Notes: generated from the sequence alone by a model not told the origin. Shown: positions 37,743 to 47,596, counted from the first letter of the stretch. The stretch is DNA of 64,000 nucleotides from an uncultured Thermoplasmatales archaeon (GCA_964612945.1 CAZTFR010000002.1:7497-71496), one strand, 5' to 3'. Numbers and translations are program-made.

Positions 37743-40028
37743 ATGAAGAAAAGTGTAGTATTTTTCGTGGTCGTAGGAATCCTTATTGGCACAAGTTTTC
37801 TTGGATTTGCAGAAACGATACCTGATACATCTGCCGCTGTATCATCAGATGCGGCATCTGCATTGGTTCGCTTATATGTTGGTGATGATTTAAGCCGTGT
37901 CCCTCGTGAGTTTGAAAAGGTCGCCCGACATCCTGGGGAATCTGTTGATGTGATTCTGTCATCAGATCAGTTGGAAACTCTTGGTATGCGTGATGGTACC
38001 TATGAGGTGTTGATTTCTGATGTTGATGCCTATGATCGAACTGTTGCAGCTTCTTATCATAGCTTAGCAGAAACCGAGCAGATGCTTGCAGATATCGCTG
38101 ATGATTATTCGCAGATCACACAGTTGACTAGTCTTGGGAAATCCTATCAAGATCGGGATATCTGGTGTCTAGAAGTTTCTGATAACCCTGGTGTTGATGA
38201 GGGTGAGCCTGGTGTGGTCTTGTTGGGTCTTCATCATGCCCGTGAGTGGCCGAGTTTAGAGATTTGTTTGTATATCGCAGATACCTTGACCTCTGAGTAT
38301 GGATCAGATACCCAGTTGACCTCGCTTGTTGATTCCCGGCGGATTTGGATTGTTCCTTGTGTTAATCCTGATGGATACTACTATGATCATGATCAGGGCC
38401 ATGATTGGCGGAAAAACAGACATTATTTCCCAGAGTTTGGCACCTATGGTGTTGATTTAAACCGAAATTATCCGGGGTCCTGTAATGGTGATCCTACTGG
38501 ATCCTGGGGGTCTATTGGTATTGCCTCTGCGACTCATAACCCTGCGTATAGTACGTATTGTGGCCCAGGTCCGTTTTCAGAGTTGGAGACACAGGCAGTA
38601 CAACAGCTCTTTCTTTCAAACAATGTAAGTGCCTGTATCACCTGGCACACCTATTCTGAACTGGTTCTCTGGCCATGGGCATATTCTACTATTGCAAAAT
38701 CGCCGGATGATAGCTACATGAAACAAGTCGGTCAAGAAATTGCCTCACGGATTACTCGTCAGAGTGGATCTGGAACCTATACACCAAGTCAATCTTCAGG
38801 CTTATATCCTACGACGGGTGATACTACAGACTGGACCTATGGACATGCACATTATATCCTTGGTAGACCCACCTTTTCCTACACGATTGAGGCATGTTCC
38901 TCGTTTCATCCCTCTTCATCCTATCTTGATCAAATTGTATCAGAAAACTTTGATGGCGCACTTTACCTGTTAACGGAAGCTGAAAATATCCAACAGGTCG
39001 TCCCACGAGTTATTCCGCCACGGCTTCAGGATATTTCGTATAGTGAAACAGGTGATTACACCGTACAGTGGGAGGAGGTGAATCCTGCTGCTCAACCAGA
39101 TGTCTTTCAACTTGATGAACTGTCGGGTCTCTCGTATCATGTTGATGATGCTGAGACTCCCTCATCATACTGGGAGCTTGAGCGTTTTACTCTTTCAGAT
39201 GAACGAGCTCATTCTGGAGCACAGAGCTACCAATCACATCAGGGCAATGGCCGCATTTCCACGATGACCAGTATCATGCCACTTCCCATTCTGAATGTTA
39301 GCACGGTGAGTTTCTGGACCTGGTATAATATTGAGGAAAACTGGGATTTTGCCTTTTTTGAGGTAAGCAGAGAAGGCCGCTGTTTCGAAGTCATTGACTC
39401 CTACACGGGGTCCTCTGATGAATGGCAATACAAAGAGTATGATCTCTCTAAATATTATGGGGATTCTGTGTTTCTCCGATTCCGCTATTCCACCGATGAA
39501 GAAGTTACCGGGGAAGGATTTTATGTAGATGATATTTCCCCTCTTGCGCAGTTTGAAATAGTCGCCACTCTATCTGATACACTCACCACGGATTCCTATG
39601 AGATAACCGGAAGGCAAAATGGAACCTATTTCTATCGTATACGTGGAGAAAACAGCGAACACGGATGGGGTGATTTCAGCACCCTGCAATATGTATTAGT
39701 AGGAGATGCACAAGACACAGAACCTCCCTCTCTGACTCTGAGCAGACCGGCTCCGAATCGTCTCTATTTCAATAATCGAAATCTGCTTCCATTCTTTGCA
39801 ACAGTAATCATCGGTGAGATTACCATCGAAGCAGAAGCCTTTGACCCCTCAGGTATCAAAAAGGTAGAGTTTCTGATCAATGGCGACGTTCGGGAAACTG
39901 ATAGTACACCACCATACAACTGGACCTGGAAAGATAGTACCTTCTTAAAAAAGGAAATTAGCATACGTGCCAGTGATTATTTCGAAAACAATGCTGAGCA
40001 GCAAATTACTATCTGGAAATTCTTCTAA
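37743..40028 (+). CDS. secreted zinc carboxypeptidase (M14) with accessory beta-sandwich and Ig-like domains
   Basis: Signal peptide; HHARE, NPDG, RKNR, GVDLNRNY, TWHTY, TIEAC; DFAFFEVS..G/LRFRY..D/GFYVDD domain; Ig-like tail. Confidence 0.92.
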   Translation: MKKSVVFFVVVGILIGTSFLGFAETIPDTSAAVSSDAASALVRLYVGDDLSRVPREFEKVARHPGESVDVILSSDQLETLGMRDGTYEVLISDVDAYDRTVAASYHSLAETEQMLADIADDYSQITQLTSLGKSYQDRDIWCLEVSDNPGVDEGEPGVVLLGLHHAREWPSLEICLYIADTLTSEYGSDTQLTSLVDSRRIWIVPCVNPDGYYYDHDQGHDWRKNRHYFPEFGTYGVDLNRNYPGSCNGDPTGSWGSIGIASATHNPAYSTYCGPGPFSELETQAVQQLFLSNNVSACITWHTYSELVLWPWAYSTIAKSPDDSYMKQVGQEIASRITRQSGSGTYTPSQSSGLYPTTGDTTDWTYGHAHYILGRPTFSYTIEACSSFHPSSSYLDQIVSENFDGALYLLTEAENIQQVVPRVIPPRLQDISYSETGDYTVQWEEVNPAAQPDVFQLDELSGLSYHVDDAETPSSYWELERFTLSDERAHSGAQSYQSHQGNGRISTMTSIMPLPILNVSTVSFWTWYNIEENWDFAFFEVSREGRCFEVIDSYTGSSDEWQYKEYDLSKYYGDSVFLRFRYSTDEEVTGEGFYVDDISPLAQFEIVATLSDTLTTDSYEITGRQNGTYFYRIRGENSEHGWGDFSTLQYVLVGDAQDTEPPSLTLSRPAPNRLYFNNRNLLPFFATVIIGEITIEAEAFDPSGIKKVEFLINGDVRETDSTPPYNWTWKDSTFLKKEISIRASDYFENNAEQQITIWKFF

Positions 40029-40050
40029 AAAATTCGATACTAACATGGAT

Positions 40051-40908
40051 TTAGTGGAGAAAGAGGATTGAATACGGGCAGCTCTCCGCTATTTTCTTTT
40101 TCACATCACGAGCGGGAAGACTGAGCAGTGTTTTTTTCTTCTGCTCACGACCAATAATTACCAACTGCGCCTGCATTTTCTTTGCCGCTTTCACCGTTTG
40201 CTTTTCCAAGGACCCTTTTACCAGTTCCACAGGGACGTTTTGTTTCTGCATTGAGGTGACAAACTGTTTTCCACGAATGCGAAGGTCTTCCTCTGATCGG
40301 GGTGATGATCGTCTCCCTGCGACATCCACCTCCACACGATCCTGGGTGTCCACCACATACAGCATCTGAAGCTGCCACTTGAAAAGCCGGGCGAGCTGCA
40401 GACTGATCTCGGGAACCTTCAGGTTAGGGGCAAGATTCGAACACACTGCAAGGGCTTTCTTTACCGGGTGGCCTACATCAACCCAGATGGGAATGGGAGC
40501 ATCTCGAAACAACCGATACTGAAGCGTACATTTTTTATCAAATCCCATGAGAATCAGATCATAGCCATTGTTGCGTACTTCTTGATGAATAACCGTGCTG
40601 AATTCTCCCTGGGAAATCTGCTCCTCGAACGGAATTTCATGTTTTGTAAAGTAGCGTTTGGCATCATCAAACACAATAGAATCAGCAGAATGCACGTATT
40701 GACTGATGATTTCCTTCTGCGTTTGTCGTTGATCATGTGCGGTGCGATAGGACGTTGAGATTTTATCTGTTTGATGTAAGGTTTTCTGCTCAATAATATA
40801 CAGAAGCTTGAACTGGGGTTGAATCTTTTTATGCAGCATCAATGCTGTTTTGAAAAGATTTCGCTGATAAAACTCCGATGAGATCGGAATCAACACATTC
40901 TTAAACAT
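40051..40908 (-). CDS. tandem universal stress protein
   Basis: MFKNVLIP, YDLILMG, second domain AQLVIIG...KKIAESCPYSILF. Confidence 0.85.
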   Translation of the reverse strand: MFKNVLIPISSEFYQRNLFKTALMLHKKIQPQFKLLYIIEQKTLHQTDKISTSYRTAHDQRQTQKEIISQYVHSADSIVFDDAKRYFTKHEIPFEEQISQGEFSTVIHQEVRNNGYDLILMGFDKKCTLQYRLFRDAPIPIWVDVGHPVKKALAVCSNLAPNLKVPEISLQLARLFKWQLQMLYVVDTQDRVEVDVAGRRSSPRSEEDLRIRGKQFVTSMQKQNVPVELVKGSLEKQTVKAAKKMQAQLVIIGREQKKKTLLSLPARDVKKKIAESCPYSILFLH

Positions 40909-40934
40909 AGCCTACAAACCCTCCATTTCATGTT

Positions 40935-42362
40935 TCAAAGATGCAACACCTCCATCCAGTAGAAGATGGCAACACAAAAGATAATGCCAATACAGATAAG
41001 ATTGGCGATACTACCTGCTTTAAACAAATCACGGGTGGAAAAATACCCAGAAGAATAGGTAATAGCATTTCCCGGGGTAGCAATAACAAGCATAAAGGCA
41101 AGACCACCACTTAAGGCAACAATCATCGAAGCAAGTAGCGGACTAATCCCTGGTACCTCTGAGGCGACCGCAAGCCCTATCGGAAGCAGTATTGCAACGG
41201 CCCCAATATTGGACATGACATTTGTTAATAAAATCGTGATAATAATCAACATAAAAACGAGGATGTATACCTCAGATCCGACAAGGGCAAACAATTGCTG
41301 GGCAACCCAACTACCTGCACCGGTCTGCTGCATCCCAATACCAAGAGTGATCGCACCACCATACAGCAAAATAATGCCCCAGGGCACTCGCTCTTCAATA
41401 TCCCGCCAGGTAATTGTTCCAAACAAAAATAAAAGCACGCCGGAAAGAATCGCAATCACTGCCAGACCAAAGTATTGATACGAGGAAAAAAACACCCATA
41501 ACCCAATGGTTAACACCAATACAGTCAACACAACGACACTTTGCATTGTCATCTTCCCTGCAACTGCAACCTGATTATTAATCTCGTTTTTCGCAAGCGT
41601 GATATCTTTTATTTCAATAGGAAAAATCAGCTGTAAAACAATCCATACCAAAGGAAGAGATAGAAAAACCACTGGCATCGCATACAGCATCCATTCAAAA
41701 AACGAAACCGATACTCCCACATTAGAAAGCGCGGCGATTGTCAAGGGATTCCGTGCACCGCCTACAAGGGTTCCCAGACTGCCGATCGAACACCCATAAG
41801 CAACCGATAGCATACTGACCTTTCCGAAGTTACTCTGCTTGGGAACAATTTTCATCGCGATAAGCACGGAGGCAACAATGGGGAGAAACAAGGCAGCAAC
41901 GCCATGCTCGGGCATAATAAATGATAAAAAGGCACAGATACACATAATGCCCAGCGTAAAAATCCGAGGGCTTAATTCAAAAAACCGCAGAAACGTCAGC
42001 GCAATCCGTCGGTGCACTCCATGTTTTTCGATAGCACTAGCAAGAATAAATGCACCGATTAAAAAGAATACTGCTTGATTTCCAAATGATGAAAATACCG
42101 ATGCAGCGTCACGTACCCCAAATAAGGGTTGGATAATCATAATGAGAAGGCCGGTGACCGCAAGTGGTATCGGCTCGGTGATCCATAAAATTGCGCCCAT
42201 GACAAGGATACCTATCATAATCTTTCCTTCTTGGGTCAATCCTTCGGGTGTTGGCAGGAGGTAAAATAAAAAAACAATGGCAAATGCAAGGATAATGTAC
42301 GAAATATTTTTTTTTTGAAAGATTTCTGGTAGTCCGGACACCGGTGGTTTTGTTGTGGTCAC
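40935..42362 (-). CDS. SLC13/DASS family anion:sodium symporter
   Basis: LWITEPIPLAVT, AIEKHGVHRRIA, SIGSLGTLVGGARN, VPWGIILLYGG, MSNIG, IATPGNAI. Confidence 0.92.
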   Translation of the reverse strand: MTTTKPPVSGLPEIFQKKNISYIILAFAIVFLFYLLPTPEGLTQEGKIMIGILVMGAILWITEPIPLAVTGLLIMIIQPLFGVRDAASVFSSFGNQAVFFLIGAFILASAIEKHGVHRRIALTFLRFFELSPRIFTLGIMCICAFLSFIMPEHGVAALFLPIVASVLIAMKIVPKQSNFGKVSMLSVAYGCSIGSLGTLVGGARNPLTIAALSNVGVSVSFFEWMLYAMPVVFLSLPLVWIVLQLIFPIEIKDITLAKNEINNQVAVAGKMTMQSVVVLTVLVLTIGLWVFFSSYQYFGLAVIAILSGVLLFLFGTITWRDIEERVPWGIILLYGGAITLGIGMQQTGAGSWVAQQLFALVGSEVYILVFMLIIITILLTNVMSNIGAVAILLPIGLAVASEVPGISPLLASMIVALSGGLAFMLVIATPGNAITYSSGYFSTRDLFKAGSIANLICIGIIFCVAIFYWMEVLHL

Positions 42363-42503
42363 AAGTCAACAAATCCCAATTTTTTAATAGAAAGGGATAT
42401 TGTGGTAATCGTTTTTGTTCTTTCCCATTCTTCTCAAAACAATCAGATATGATGTAAGTATGGTGGGTAATATTTATCAAAGAGGCGGTGTTCTTTCTTT
42501 CGG

Positions 42504-42980
42504 ATGCGTCATTCGGTACAGACTGGTTTTAGCTTTGGGTTGACCTCAGGGATTATTACAACTCTTGGTCTTATCGTTGGGTTGTACTCAAGTACCAATG
42601 ATCGCCTTGTGGTTATCGGAGGGATTATTACTATTGCGATTGCTGATGCTTTATCTGATTCATTGGGTATTCATATTTCAGAGGAATCAGAGTGTGTGCA
42701 TACTGTTAAGGAAATTTGGGAGTCTACGTTGGCAACCTTTTTTTCAAAGTTTGTCTTTTCTTCTTCGTTTCTGCTTCCCGTTGTTTTCTGTGATCTTCTT
42801 GTCGCAATTTATATCAGTGTCATCTGGGGTTTTTCCTTGATTGCCGTTTTTAGCTATCTGTGTGCTACACAGCAGAACAAAAGTCCGTGGGAGGCTATTG
42901 TCGAGCATCTGAGTATTGGTACTGTTGTGATTGTGGTGACGTTTCTTGTAGGTCGATGGGTTTCACATACGTTTGGATAA
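42504..42980 (+). CDS. VIT1/CCC1-like metal transporter (short form)
   Basis: FGLTSGIITTLG, AIADALSDSLGIHISEESE, five TM segments. Confidence 0.8.
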   Translation: MRHSVQTGFSFGLTSGIITTLGLIVGLYSSTNDRLVVIGGIITIAIADALSDSLGIHISEESECVHTVKEIWESTLATFFSKFVFSSSFLLPVVFCDLLVAIYISVIWGFSLIAVFSYLCATQQNKSPWEAIVEHLSIGTVVIVVTFLVGRWVSHTFG

Positions 42981-43042
42981 AGTTTTTACCGGCCAGGGGA
43001 AATATTTATATATCTTTATAAAATTTAATTATATGATTAGAA

Positions 43043-44350
43043 ATGCATGTGAACAGCTCTGTTGTTTTGTTTGTTAATTTTCTTCTGTTTTGTAGTATGC
43101 TCTCTGGGCCTGTTGGTGCCGAATCGTTCTCAACTGATACGATTAATCCTGTGAGTGTGGCGTCATCGTTTATGGAGGAGATTGTGGCACAGGTTGATGA
43201 GTCCTTGGTTCGTATGTATCATGAAAATCTTATGAGCTTTGGCCCTCGTTATACCGGCTCGATTAATTGTACGCTTGCGGGACAGTATTTGTATGAGTGT
43301 TTTGAGGAGATGAATCTGTCTGTTGCGTTTCATGAGTGGGAGTATGATGGGTTTCATAGTCGAAATGTGGTGGCTACTCTTGAGGGAACTGATCCGGATC
43401 GTCATGGATATTATGTGGTGAGTGCGCATTATGATTGCACGCCGGGTTCTCTTGGTGCTGATGATGATGGCTCTGGTGTTGCTGCGGTGCTTTCGATTGC
43501 CCAGATTATGAGTCAGTATCAGTTTAATAATACCGTTCGTTTTATCTTATTTAGTGGTGAGGAGGTGGGAACGTATGGGAGTTTTTCTTATGCCTGTGAT
43601 TGCTATCAGAATGGTGATGATGTTCTTGGAGTGATCAATCTTGATATGATTGGGTATGCAAATACGACGAAAGGGGGTCGTCTTATCCGGTTTCATTCTC
43701 CTAAGCGGTCGGAATGGATTGCAGAGTGGGCATCTGAGGTGAGTATGCGGTATTCTGATCTTCTGCATATGGGTGTGGAGCTTCGTCCGAACTATATTGG
43801 TGCGGATCATCAGGGGTTTGTGCAATTTGGTTATGATGGTGTCTGGATTGCTCATCACGATGGATACCCCTGGGGGAACACTCCGCAGGATACTCCTGAT
43901 CATTTAAACTGGACGTATCAAATTAAGGCAACTCGGTTTTTGCTTGCGTTTGTCGTCGATCTTGCCCGGACATCTATTCCTATTCAGGTGCATCTGCGAA
44001 CGCCTTATGAGGGTTCGTTGTCTCTGTTTGATCGATCGGTGTGGTATCTAGATGGGGGTAAACCTTGGTATTTAGAGCTGCGTGGGGTGACCCTTCTTAT
44101 TGGGGGAGCGACTGCCCTATGTGAGGTGTTTAGTAAAGATCCGGTTGAGCAGGTTATCTTTTGTATTGATGATGATTTTCTCCGTGGGGATTCTCAACCA
44201 CCGTATGAATGGAAGATCCAAGGGAAGTTCTTTCCCCTCATTGGGCGGCATACGTTGCGGGTGTTTGCCTATACGACAACAGGGGAGATGGCCACTGATG
44301 AAATGGATATCTTTATTGTTACCCTTTCCTGTCAATATGGGAGATTTTAA
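43043..44350 (+). CDS. secreted M28 family peptidase with C-terminal Ig-like domain
   Basis: Signal peptide; SAHYD, GADDDGSG, SGEEVG, NLDMIG, ADHQGF. Confidence 0.9.
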   Translation: MHVNSSVVLFVNFLLFCSMLSGPVGAESFSTDTINPVSVASSFMEEIVAQVDESLVRMYHENLMSFGPRYTGSINCTLAGQYLYECFEEMNLSVAFHEWEYDGFHSRNVVATLEGTDPDRHGYYVVSAHYDCTPGSLGADDDGSGVAAVLSIAQIMSQYQFNNTVRFILFSGEEVGTYGSFSYACDCYQNGDDVLGVINLDMIGYANTTKGGRLIRFHSPKRSEWIAEWASEVSMRYSDLLHMGVELRPNYIGADHQGFVQFGYDGVWIAHHDGYPWGNTPQDTPDHLNWTYQIKATRFLLAFVVDLARTSIPIQVHLRTPYEGSLSLFDRSVWYLDGGKPWYLELRGVTLLIGGATALCEVFSKDPVEQVIFCIDDDFLRGDSQPPYEWKIQGKFFPLIGRHTLRVFAYTTTGEMATDEMDIFIVTLSCQYGRF

Positions 44351-45073
44351 ATGAAGAAACAGCACGTGATGCACGCAGGCGGCCTATTGCTTTGTCTGCT
44401 TGTTCTTAGCTCAAGTGGTTTGTCTACTTCTTTTGATGATTCTGGTGGGTCTTGTCGTACTGTTGCATCTGATGAACCTGTTGTTGTGGTGATGGGGTTT
44501 GAACCATTTGATGTCTATAAGGTAAATCCATCGCAGCTTATTGCTGAGGCACTGCAGAATACAACAGTTGTAGATGCTCGTGTTATTGGAGTGGTGCTTC
44601 CTGTGGAGTATGAAGCCTCTGTAGAGCAGGTAGTTGAGGCCATTGAGCAGTATGATCCGGTGTTGGTGATCAGTACGGGTCTGTCTGCAGATGCTAAGGG
44701 TGTGGAGGTTGAAAAAGTGGGGGTGAATCTGAAAACTGTTGTGCGAGATGATGGGCGCTGGTCGCTTCCCCGTCGTATCGATACAAGGGGTCCCTTGTTT
44801 CGTTTGTCTCCTTTTCCAGTGTGGTCGCTTGTTCAGATGTTGTCAGAAAAGGGGATTGCTGCATCAATGAGTGTTCATGCTGGCCTTTATATTTGTAATG
44901 CGGTATTGTACGAGACACTGGGATATATCAGTGAGCAGGAGATGGATCTTCCCTGTGGATTTTTGCATGTTCCTCTGCTTGATTCTCAGGATCCTGAGGG
45001 GATGGCATTGGAGGTGATGATTGATGCTGTGGAGCAGACGATCATCTACCTGCGTACCACCGCTGTTATGTAG
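44351..45073 (+). CDS. pcp: pyroglutamyl-peptidase I (C15) with signal peptide
   Basis: GFEPF...VNPS, LPV, VEKVGVN (Glu), GLYICN (Cys), GFLHVP (His). Confidence 0.9.
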   Translation: MKKQHVMHAGGLLLCLLVLSSSGLSTSFDDSGGSCRTVASDEPVVVVMGFEPFDVYKVNPSQLIAEALQNTTVVDARVIGVVLPVEYEASVEQVVEAIEQYDPVLVISTGLSADAKGVEVEKVGVNLKTVVRDDGRWSLPRRIDTRGPLFRLSPFPVWSLVQMLSEKGIAASMSVHAGLYICNAVLYETLGYISEQEMDLPCGFLHVPLLDSQDPEGMALEVMIDAVEQTIIYLRTTAVM

Positions 45074-45116
45074 CGTGTTTTGTACGAAAATTTATAAGGA
45101 TTTAGCATCTGTCGGT

Positions 45117-45419
45117 ATGGTGATGAGAGAGCTTACTAAGGCCCAGTTGATTATTGGGTTTCTTGCGTTTTTTTCCACGGTTGTCTTGATCCTTCGTCCA
45201 TCTGAGAACGGGCTCACGCTTATCGATGTCATCGGTAATTTTTTTCTTCAACTCGTGTTAGTCTTGGTGCTTTCCTATGCGGTGCTTGCTCTTCTTGAAT
45301 GGATTCGTTTATTTGAGCTGAAAATAAATGCAGTGTTAACCTATTTATTTCTAGTGACCTTTGTGTATCTTGCCAATTTTGTTAATCTGTTACATGCTGA
45401 TTTGATTGTTTGGTTGTAA
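45117..45419 (+). CDS. small 3-TM membrane protein
   Basis: Hydrophobic ORF MVMRELTKAQLIIG...; TATA-like TTTATAA at 45091. Confidence 0.65.
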   Translation: MVMRELTKAQLIIGFLAFFSTVVLILRPSENGLTLIDVIGNFFLQLVLVLVLSYAVLALLEWIRLFELKINAVLTYLFLVTFVYLANFVNLLHADLIVWL

Positions 45420-46368
45420 GGTGTTGAACGATACTGGTGAGTTCTTGTTGTTCGTTGAGAATGGGTGTTGCGGTGACGGTGAGTGTTTGTTGTATGGAGG
45501 GCTCGTAGAACTCTAGAGTGGTTGCTTGTTTGGATTTATAGACGGTGTTGCAGGGGCAGGAGTCTTTAGGAGTATTGGTGCCATGGACGATCTGCCAGCA
45601 TTTCTTTCCAATGCAGTCTGCGGGTTGTTTGTTAAAAAGCTGTGCGCAGGCTGCGGTGACCCGTTTGATGGTAAAATTGGTGTCCAGGACTAGGATTTTT
45701 TCCTGCAGAAGGTTGAGGGTGATGGTCCATTCTTTGGTGATCTGCTTGAGTTTGTGTTCAAGCATTTTTTCTTCGGTGATATTTTTAATGATAATAGTGA
45801 CGCCGGGTTCTCCGTTGTCGAGGGTGGTGGGGATGTGTTGTATTTCAAGGTGTAGGATGTGGTTGTTTCGGTGTAGCGTGGTTTGCAGTTGGGTTCGTTT
45901 TCCCTCGAGTGCGTGGTAGATGTTGGGGATGAACTCGGGGCGGGAAAAAAGTGATTGGGAGAGGTGTTCGATGTGTTTTCCGATGATGTCCTCTTTGGTG
46001 AGGTCGAGAAGGTCGAGGAGGCCATCGTTTATTTGGATAAATTCAAGGTTTTTGTCCAAGAGTAGTGAGTAATCTGCGGTGATGTTGAGCATGGTGGAAA
46101 GCGGGATGCGTCGTGAGGGAAAGTAGACTTTTGCGGGACCAAAGGTGATCATTTCGGCATGTCCTGAGATGAGTAAGATGTCTAGATATTTGGCTACAGA
46201 GTTGCGGTTGATGCCGATTTCTCGGGCGATATCGGTGACAGTCATGCCTTTCGGGTTGTTTTTTAATATAGCCCGGATTCGTCCTAGTTCCTTTTGATAA
46301 CTCTCCACACAGTCAACATCTGCTGGTTTGTATAAATGCATTTCGTTTTTGCCAACCACTTTTGCCAT
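45382..46368 (-). CDS. one-component regulator, wHTH + two PAS domains
   Basis: PKGMTVTDIAREIGINRNSVAKYL; PAS1 LLDKNLEFIQIN...IIGK; PAS2 VLDTNFTIKRV...IGKKCWQIVHG...CPC. Confidence 0.88.
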   Translation of the reverse strand: MAKVVGKNEMHLYKPADVDCVESYQKELGRIRAILKNNPKGMTVTDIAREIGINRNSVAKYLDILLISGHAEMITFGPAKVYFPSRRIPLSTMLNITADYSLLLDKNLEFIQINDGLLDLLDLTKEDIIGKHIEHLSQSLFSRPEFIPNIYHALEGKRTQLQTTLHRNNHILHLEIQHIPTTLDNGEPGVTIIIKNITEEKMLEHKLKQITKEWTITLNLLQEKILVLDTNFTIKRVTAACAQLFNKQPADCIGKKCWQIVHGTNTPKDSCPCNTVYKSKQATTLEFYEPSIQQTLTVTATPILNEQQELTSIVQHLTTKQSNQHVTD

Positions 46369-46412
46369 GCAAAAGGGAAAAGTTTTATATACTAAAAATA
46401 TGATACTGCATG

Positions 46413-46605
46413 TGCCAGGCGTTAATGCAAGGCAAAGAGGGATAGGGATAAAATATGAAACTTACTCGATCCGGCCAGATGGCTGGATATCTTCGTCGCA
46501 CCACATGGCTTCCATCACATCCAGCAAGCCATGTGTTTCTCTCCATCGTGCATCGCATCCCTTTTTTTCCCACTCTCCTGCATGCATTGCCCTGTCATCC
46601 TGGCA
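46413..46605 (+). ncRNA. candidate structured non-coding RNA
   Basis: TATA TTTTATATA at 46383; closing stem 46413-46419/46599-46605; hairpins 46469-46488 and 46502-46535; T13 tract at 46693-46705. Confidence 0.4.
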
Positions 46606-46833
46606 TACTTTCCTCCTATAAAACCGTGAGGTACCTCCTGAAAAAGCATGCATCCCATCTACCTTTTCCAATAGGGGGTACCTCCCACACCATTTTTTTT
46701 TTTTTGTCAACATCTCTCTTTTGAGAGATCGTTTTAGCAATTGAACTATTCAGATGAAAAAATGAACAGATATCTCTTATGACTATAGTCTTATATATGG
46801 GAGGTAACTATTGGTATTGCTTGGGAGGATAAA

Positions 46834-47586
46834 ATGTTCGGATCTAATTCCTATTTGAGATATATGTCTCTGGCTATGGTTGTTTTACTGTTGGGTGTTG
46901 CAGTAGTACCAAGTATCAACGCGAATGTAGATTCCAAACTTATTGAAATTAAAACAAATTATATTGGCATATCTAGAATAAGACCTCATACTGTAAAACT
47001 TACACAAAAACAAAATATAGAATTGGACCAATTATTTAACAATATTAAAAAAGATTTAGAAAAAGCAGAGAATAGAGCAGAATTAGAAGAATCATTCAAA
47101 AATGCATTTATTCAACTTGAAAAATTTGGCCTTATTACCCATGAAAAACAATCTGTTCAAATAAATAATCGTATTCTAATAATTGGATTTGCACATTGGA
47201 TTGATTTTTTCATTCACCCAGATATTATCTCAAGTGGCATATTTCCCAGGTTTTTCAATTTTTTACATACTCCATCTTTATTAGTATATTTATTACCATT
47301 AAAATTTAATTCAACTATATCATTTGGAACTCGTTCAGGAAGCCTTGGTGGAGGTGCTCTCACTCACGAATCAAATGGTTGGTTATTTTCAACAGATTTG
47401 CATGAGAAAAAGTATTGGAACGGTTCTTTTGTAGGAGGCTTAGATACTATTGAATTTCGGGGTAGTTTTAGTTGGATAATATATTATATTGGAGCAAAAG
47501 GTTTCAAAGGTATTAATATAGCTCGTCCCGAAAGGAATACATTTTTGATAGGAACTGTTGATAATGTAAATTTAGATCAATTCTAA
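46834..47586 (+). CDS. hypothetical secreted protein (AT-rich)
   Basis: GGGAGG SD, signal peptide ending PSINA, 250 aa. Confidence 0.8.
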   Translation: MFGSNSYLRYMSLAMVVLLLGVAVVPSINANVDSKLIEIKTNYIGISRIRPHTVKLTQKQNIELDQLFNNIKKDLEKAENRAELEESFKNAFIQLEKFGLITHEKQSVQINNRILIIGFAHWIDFFIHPDIISSGIFPRFFNFLHTPSLLVYLLPLKFNSTISFGTRSGSLGGGALTHESNGWLFSTDLHEKKYWNGSFVGGLDTIEFRGSFSWIIYYIGAKGFKGINIARPERNTFLIGTVDNVNLDQF

Positions 47587-47596
47587 ACTCAACACC

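Noticed and set aside
35270..42500. Skew switch points as canonical Orc1/Cdc6 replication origins
   Set aside because: No cdc6/orc1 gene or ORB repeats seen, and switches are far too frequent for conventional origins.
46328..46740. Four overlapping short ORFs in the PAS-regulator upstream region
   Set aside because: Mutually overlapping, run through homopolymer tracts, no motifs; RNA structure explains the region better, though 46455..46724 has an SD-like sequence and is not fully excluded.
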